A stretch of DNA of 64,000 nt from Alphaproteobacteria bacterium (GTDB lineage Bacteria > Pseudomonadota > Alphaproteobacteria > CALKHQ01), in assembly GCA_965227515.1 (NCBI GenBank), contig CBDDFZ010000001.1, positions 2,688,001 to 2,752,000 on the forward strand, written 5' to 3'. Each line of letters starts with the position of its first letter. The stretch's first letter is position 1. Positions 58,681 to 64,000 of the stretch are shown here, one piece after another. The translations under genes were made by a program, and so were the position numbers. Below the pieces are notes generated by a model, which was given only the letters and a program-made list of their open reading frames with translations, was not told where the DNA came from and searched no databases.

Positions 58681-60188
58681 ACGCACAGGTCAGACAGGAC
58701 GAGATCAACAAGGCCGTGTGGGAAGCTTGCGATACCTTCCGGGGCACGGTCGATGCCGGAGTCTACAAAGACTACGTGCTGACAATGCTCTTCCTCAAAT
58801 ATATCAGTGACGTCTGGAACGATCACTACGAAGCGTATCAGAAGGAATACGGGGACGAGCCAGCACTTATAAACGAGATGATGAAGAATGAGCGCTTCGT
58901 TCTGCCAGAGAGCGCAAATTTCTATGCACTTTACCAGCGTCGACACGAAGCCGGAAACGGAGAACGAATTGACAAGGCCCTTCATGCAATTGAAGAGACC
59001 AATATCGGAAAGCTTCGCGACGTTTTTCAAGATATCAGCTTTAACTCCAACAAGCTCGGCGAAGAAGCTCACAAAAACGAGCTGCTTAAAGAGCTGCTAG
59101 AGGATTTTGCCAAAGACAAGCTAAACCTAAGACCAAGTCGAATTGGCAAGCTGGATATCATCGGCAATGCGTATGAATATCTGATAAAGCAGTTTGCTGC
59201 TGATGCTGGGAGGAAAGCCGGGGAATTCTACACCCCACCGGAGGTCTCTGAACTAATCGCTGAATTGGTCTCTCCTCAAGAGGGCGACGAAATCTGTGAC
59301 CCGACGTGCGGCTCCGGCTCCCTGCTCATGAAATGTGGAAAGCGCGTGCAGATTGAGAACAAGGGTTCGAAGAAATATGCCCTGTATGGACAGGAAGCGA
59401 TTGGCAGCACATGGGCTCTCGCTAAAATGAACATGTTCCTCCATGGAGAGGACAATCACCGCATCGAATGGGGCGATACAATCCGCAACCCAAAACTGCT
59501 TGATGGCGAAGACAGCCTCAAGCATTTTGATGTCGTTGTGGCCAATCCGCCCTTCTCTCTGGAAAAGTGGGGCCACAGCACGGCAGAAGGCGACAAGTTC
59601 GGGCGGTTCCGGCGCGGCATTCCCCCGAAGACCAAGGGGGACTACGCCTTTGTGCTGCATATGGTCGAGACCATGAAGCCCAAGAGCGGGCGCATGGCCG
59701 TCGTCGCCCCGCACGGCGTTCTTTTCCGTGGGTCAGCGGAGGGAAGAATTCGCAAAAAACTGGTTGATGAAAACCTGCTAGACGCCGTGATCGGCTTGCC
59801 TGAGAAGCTCTTCTACGGAACGGGCATCCCAGCCGCGATCCTCGTGTTCCGCAAAAAAAAGGGCAACAAGGACGTCCTATTTATAGACGCCAGCCGCGAG
59901 TTCGTGGCGGGCAAGAACCAGAACCAGCTAACCGACGATCACATCGCGAAAATCGTGCAGACTTATCAGGCGCGTAAGAGCGTCAACAAATATGCCTACC
60001 TCGCCACGCCCGAGGAGATGGCGGAAAACGACTACAACCTGAATATCCCCCGGTACGTCGACACATTTGAGGAAGAAGAAGAAATTGACTTAGTGGAGGT
60101 TCGGACCGAGCGCGAGAAACTAAAAGCCGAACTCGCAGACCTCGAAGCGCGGATGGACGGCTACCTTAAGGAGCTGGGCTATCAATGA
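58677..60188 (+). CDS. hsdM: Type I R-M methyltransferase subunit M
   Basis: GNAYEYLI..FA, GEFYTP, DPTCGSGSLL, YGQE, VANPPFS (m6A), PHGVLFRG and YNLNIPRYV. Confidence 0.97.
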   Translation: MNAQVRQDEINKAVWEACDTFRGTVDAGVYKDYVLTMLFLKYISDVWNDHYEAYQKEYGDEPALINEMMKNERFVLPESANFYALYQRRHEAGNGERIDKALHAIEETNIGKLRDVFQDISFNSNKLGEEAHKNELLKELLEDFAKDKLNLRPSRIGKLDIIGNAYEYLIKQFAADAGRKAGEFYTPPEVSELIAELVSPQEGDEICDPTCGSGSLLMKCGKRVQIENKGSKKYALYGQEAIGSTWALAKMNMFLHGEDNHRIEWGDTIRNPKLLDGEDSLKHFDVVVANPPFSLEKWGHSTAEGDKFGRFRRGIPPKTKGDYAFVLHMVETMKPKSGRMAVVAPHGVLFRGSAEGRIRKKLVDENLLDAVIGLPEKLFYGTGIPAAILVFRKKKGNKDVLFIDASREFVAGKNQNQLTDDHIAKIVQTYQARKSVNKYAYLATPEEMAENDYNLNIPRYVDTFEEEEEIDLVEVRTEREKLKAELADLEARMDGYLKELGYQ

Positions 60189-61432
60189 ATGAGGTTAGTA
60201 AGTCATCGGCATATCCAGAGACCGTGCAGCCGGGAATTCCGAAGCTGCCGACTAATCCACCGGCGGGATGGCAGCGCACACGCTTCGGCGAGCATCTTTT
60301 TGAAGAGAAGCGACCGGTGACGATGAATGATGATACGGAGTATGACCTCGTCACCGTGAAGCGCGCACGGGGTGGTGTTGTTAAGCGAGAGACTAAATGC
60401 GGGGCGGACATCTCGGTCAAGTCGCAGTTCGAGGTGAAGTCCGGTGACTTCCTTATTTCAAAGCGTCAAATTGTCCACGGCGCATGCGGGCTTGTCCCTG
60501 ATGATCTGGATGGCGCTACGGTTTCGAACGAGTACGCAGTACTTCGGGGGAATGACACGATTGATCTCCAGTTCCTGAAGCACTTCGCACACTCCATCTA
60601 TTTTCAGCAAACGTGTTTTCATTCAAGCATTGGCGTTCACATCGAGAAGATGATCTTCAAGACTGAACAATGGTTTGACTGGGAATTCGATCTACCACCG
60701 TTGAAGGAACAACGGTGCATTGCTGATGCGCTCTCCACTTGGGATGAATCACTCCGTGTAAATCGTGCGTTGATCGAAAATAGCCTAGCTTTGAAGGCCG
60801 CACTGTTAGAGGGACTTTTTTGCCAGGTTTTTGAGGTGCCCGCGAGCGGGCAACCCATAAGCTTGGGCCAGATTGCATCACTCGAGAAGCGCAGAGTTGA
60901 TCCATCTTCGTTGCACGAGGAAACAAAGTGTATCGAGCTTGAGCATATCGAGCAAAATACAGGGAGACTCGTCGGTTTCGATGACGCGCGAAACCTCGCC
61001 AGCTTAAAGGCTGTCGTTGAGCCTGGTTATATTCTGTTCGGTAAACTACGCCCTTATTTGCGCAAGTACCATTTCGCGGAATTTTCTGGGGCGTGTTCTA
61101 CGGAAATTTGGCCGATCAAGGCCGACGCGTCCCTGTGTCACCCGAAGTGGCTGTACTACCTCACGCAGACCGACGCTTTTTTCTCTGCAGTGAGCGTATC
61201 TTCCGGTTCAAAGATGCCTCGGGCGGACTGGGGCCTGGTATCCAGCGTCGAGTTCAATCTTCCGAACTTGGTGGCCCAAGAAACAACTGTGAGAATGTTG
61301 GATACGGCTGAAAACATCGTCGACTGTTTGATTCATAAACAAGCTTGTCTTGAGTCCGAGAAGAAAGCTTTGATGCAACAGCTCCTCACAGGCAAACGCC
61401 GCGTGCGAATAGCAAAGGAGATTACAGTATGA
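60185..61432 (+). CDS. hsdS: Type I R-M specificity subunit S (two TRDs)
   Basis: P.GW, LPPLKEQ..IA..L..WD, ILFGKLRPYL, SGSKMPR and KKALMQQLLTGK.RV. Confidence 0.93.
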   Translation: MNEVSKSSAYPETVQPGIPKLPTNPPAGWQRTRFGEHLFEEKRPVTMNDDTEYDLVTVKRARGGVVKRETKCGADISVKSQFEVKSGDFLISKRQIVHGACGLVPDDLDGATVSNEYAVLRGNDTIDLQFLKHFAHSIYFQQTCFHSSIGVHIEKMIFKTEQWFDWEFDLPPLKEQRCIADALSTWDESLRVNRALIENSLALKAALLEGLFCQVFEVPASGQPISLGQIASLEKRRVDPSSLHEETKCIELEHIEQNTGRLVGFDDARNLASLKAVVEPGYILFGKLRPYLRKYHFAEFSGACSTEIWPIKADASLCHPKWLYYLTQTDAFFSAVSVSSGSKMPRADWGLVSSVEFNLPNLVAQETTVRMLDTAENIVDCLIHKQACLESEKKALMQQLLTGKRRVRIAKEITV

Positions 61433-63102
61433 GTAAGTCACATTCATTTTCGATTTATCTTCTCAAGGAGGATTTCGATGCGAGGAACGCACTGAAGGCC
61501 GATCACACGCTGGACGATGCGGTCGCGGGCGAAGCCCTTCCCGATGGTTCAACCTTATTCGTACTCGACAACGCGCCAATTCCCCCCTGGTGGAAGGCCT
61601 ATTTTGGGATTCAGAAAGACCTGAGGCAGGCGCTCAAGGGCGCTGTCGTATTTCTTCCTGTCGATGGCCGTGTGTTTGCCATCACGTTCGGTCATGTCTA
61701 TCACAATCTTGTCGACACCAGCTACGAGTACGATTTCGGATTGCGCGTGACTCTCAACTGTCTCGACCCTGACAAGCTGAAGAGCACCGACATTCTGGAA
61801 CCCAGCGGTGCGAGGCGCCAGCGCACCCAGATGCCGACGGATTCTGATCTCACCTACTTCGACTTCGATCAGGACACGACCATTCTGAAAAGTCTGACCG
61901 GCAAGGTGAAGGATGAGCACAAGAGCTTGTTCAAGCACGCGACGGGTGCGAGCAACATCCGCGTCAGCTCGGATGTCACACCCGGCGGTTTGACTGAGCT
62001 ATGTGAGAAGCTGCTGAACCTCTACGAGGATGACACATACAAGACGACGTTTCCTGGGCTGCAGAACATCTCCCCCGTACGCGATCCCTCCATCCTCGCG
62101 GCTCTGGATGGCCTACTGGTCGAGGCGGTGAAGGCGAAGAGCGACAGCCTGTCTCTTAGCGTGCCGGAGATTCTGAACTACCATGAGGGGTTATGGGCCA
62201 CCTTCTCCGGCGCGGGTGCGGGGCTCATCTACGACGACGTATTCATCGGGCGGTACTATGAGTATCTGAACCAGCGTCAGGTTTCGCTTGACACCATCGA
62301 CGTCGAGACACTGCGCAAGCACTGCCTCAACCTCACCAACGAAGAAGGTCAGCCGCGCGGTGAGCGTCACAGCGTATATAAGTGCCTCATTTTTGATACC
62401 GCCCTTGGTGAATCCGGTGCGACCTACCACCTTTGCGACGGGAACTGGTACCTCGTTGATTCCGACTTTGTTACAGGGTTGTCGACGTTCCTGGACCCAT
62501 TCTGCGCTGAGAGCACATTCCCTGACTTCACACATGAGAACGAGGCCGCCTTCAATGAAGCCATTGCCGCTACAGGGACCGGGCTGATCTGCCTCGACAT
62601 GACCAGCATTGCTCCTGACGGGCAGAAAGGCGTGGAGCCTTGCGATGTGTACGAATTGAAGGACGGAAAGGCTGTCCTGCACCACGTCAAAATTTCTACG
62701 CTCTCCGCCCAGCTGAGCCACCTGTTCAACCAGGGAACCAACTCCGTCCACCTGCTGCGCGACGATGCTGACGCCCGCGACAAGCTGAAGTCGCTCGTTT
62801 CGGCGAAAGCCCCGGCGAATGCTCAGGATCAGTTCGCATCCCCGATCGACGGAGACCGCTTCAAGGTCGTCTTCCAGATCGTCACGCACAAGAACGCCGA
62901 GGCGAAGGCGCTCAATCTGCCGCTCTTCTCCCGAATCAGCCTGATGCGGGCGCTGAAGGACCTCCGCAGGATGGGGATCGAGGCGGAGTTCGCATTCATC
63001 AAAGACGCTACACCGACCTCGGCAGGAAAGAAGAAGAAGCGACAGTCCAAAGGCGACGACCAAGCAGCCAACAACGACAACCAAGGAGCGGAGGCGGCGT
63101 GA
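61429..63102 (+). CDS. TIGR04141/DUF6119-like sporadically distributed protein
   Basis: FSIYLLK, P.W..YF, FAITFG, DFGLRVTLN, G.WY, E..FN, EPCD, HVK..S..LSHLFNQG..S and LPLFSRISL motifs; ATGA overlap with hsdS. Confidence 0.8.
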   Translation: MSKSHSFSIYLLKEDFDARNALKADHTLDDAVAGEALPDGSTLFVLDNAPIPPWWKAYFGIQKDLRQALKGAVVFLPVDGRVFAITFGHVYHNLVDTSYEYDFGLRVTLNCLDPDKLKSTDILEPSGARRQRTQMPTDSDLTYFDFDQDTTILKSLTGKVKDEHKSLFKHATGASNIRVSSDVTPGGLTELCEKLLNLYEDDTYKTTFPGLQNISPVRDPSILAALDGLLVEAVKAKSDSLSLSVPEILNYHEGLWATFSGAGAGLIYDDVFIGRYYEYLNQRQVSLDTIDVETLRKHCLNLTNEEGQPRGERHSVYKCLIFDTALGESGATYHLCDGNWYLVDSDFVTGLSTFLDPFCAESTFPDFTHENEAAFNEAIAATGTGLICLDMTSIAPDGQKGVEPCDVYELKDGKAVLHHVKISTLSAQLSHLFNQGTNSVHLLRDDADARDKLKSLVSAKAPANAQDQFASPIDGDRFKVVFQIVTHKNAEAKALNLPLFSRISLMRALKDLRRMGIEAEFAFIKDATPTSAGKKKKRQSKGDDQAANNDNQGAEAA

Positions 63103-63145
63103 GAAAGCGTAAATCGCAGTCGGCCGCCGCGAAAGGAAGAACGAG

Positions 63146-64000
63146 ATGGCTGGCCTGACTACTCTTAACGACGTATTGGAGGCCACCGCCAAATTGCCGC
63201 GGGCGGTACTGCTCGGCAACGGCTTCTCAATTGCGCAAAGCGGCGGACAGTTCGGGTATGGAAGCCTGCTTGAGCACAGCGGTTTGGCAGGAGATGCTCC
63301 TGTCCGCCAACTATTCGAGATGCTTCAAACGGTCGACTTTGAAGAGGTAATGCACGCACTGGAAGCTGCAGCTTTGGTGGAGTCTGCATACGCAGACCAA
63401 CGGCGATCAGAGCAATTCCGTGTTGACGCGGGAGTCATACGCGATGCTTTGATACATGCGGTTCGAACCGTGCACCCTGGAATACAGTTTGAGATTCCAG
63501 AAGATGACATGGCTGCGTGCGCTGATTTTCTTGGGAAGTTTCAGCAAGTATTTACACTGAATTACGATCTGTTGCTTTACTGGGTCATTCTCAATGCACC
63601 GAATAACAAACATAACGATGGATTTGGCTTGGGTGCGCAGATTGGTGGCTTTCGTACATTTAGTGAACAAGCATACTGTTCGGTCTACTATCTCCACGGC
63701 GCACTGCATTTGTTTCTAAATGACGAATTGGAAACGCAGAAGCGTATCTCGGCAGGCGGAATAATTGATGCCATCGCCAGGTCGATCAAGAAGCGCAAGC
63801 AACTACCTCTTTTTGTTGCGGAAGGTACATCAATCCAAAAAGCATCAAAAATTCACTCCATCCCTTATTTGAGGCACTGCTACGAGCAATTGTCGACAAT
63901 TCAGGGTAGTCTATTTGTCTTTGGGCATTCTGCCTCGGGTGTGGATCATCACATCTACGATGCTATTTTTGAGAGCCGGATCACTATATTCGTATGCTTT
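63146..64000 (+). CDS. DUF4917 / SIR2-like domain protein (3' end outside the window)
   Basis: Not in the ORF track because it is open at the edge. Hand translation from ATG 63146: LLGNGFS, DFEEVM, FTLNYDLLLYW, DGFG, YLHGALHLF, PLFVAEG..QK, YL..CY and FVFGHS..D.HI. Confidence 0.8.
   Translation, partial: MAGLTTLNDVLEATAKLPRAVLLGNGFSIAQSGGQFGYGSLLEHSGLAGDAPVRQLFEMLQTVDFEEVMHALEAAALVESAYADQRRSEQFRVDAGVIRDALIHAVRTVHPGIQFEIPEDDMAACADFLGKFQQVFTLNYDLLLYWVILNAPNNKHNDGFGLGAQIGGFRTFSEQAYCSVYYLHGALHLFLNDELETQKRISAGGIIDAIARSIKKRKQLPLFVAEGTSIQKASKIHSIPYLRHCYEQLSTIQGSLFVFGHSASGVDHHIYDAIFESRITIFVCF

Larger units (their letters stand above)
53272..64000. mobile_element. Genomic/defence island including a mobilisable element (continues beyond the window)
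   Basis: Visible drop in GC and codon bias; OLD-type gene, mobC/relaxase, type I R-M and sporadically distributed genes; no integrase in the window. Confidence 0.8.

Overview
High-GC alphaproteobacterial chromosome segment (Rhodospirillales-like and probably marine; this is inferred from gene content). 1-31.4 kb is mostly core or metabolic: a YdbH-like gene, coxG, a TAXI-TRAP transporter, a Na+/H+ antiporter, guaA followed by a DUF1778/GNAT toxin-antitoxin pair with a perfect 16-bp palindrome, an exported caspase-like protease with a candidate substrate, a TmoX-like ABC transporter, GST, amidase and hppD-VOC-fahA. 31.7-48.7 kb is a compact surface and signalling locus: a dumbbell-shaped RTX protein, a 1903-aa FecR-domain repeat adhesin, DUF3307, a CHASE2 adenylate cyclase coupled to a type I secretion ABC/MFP pair, and two tandem cNMP-binding/EAL phosphodiesterases. 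This is my best candidate for an undescribed system (adhesin to cAMP to c-di-GMP breakdown). From about 50.9 kb the DNA is accessory. A LysR-MAPEG-SDR cassette is bracketed by a 106-bp duplication of a gene 3' end. It is followed by a lower-GC defence island with an OLD-type ATPase/TOPRIM gene, a degenerate tRNA-end att-like site, mobC/relaxase, and type I R-M genes followed by a TIGR04141/DUF6119-like gene and a SIR2-like DUF4917 gene running off the window. Two families of short palindromic repeats occur in intergenic regions. No rRNA, intact tRNA or CRISPR array was seen. All family assignments come from motif recognition by eye, not database searches.
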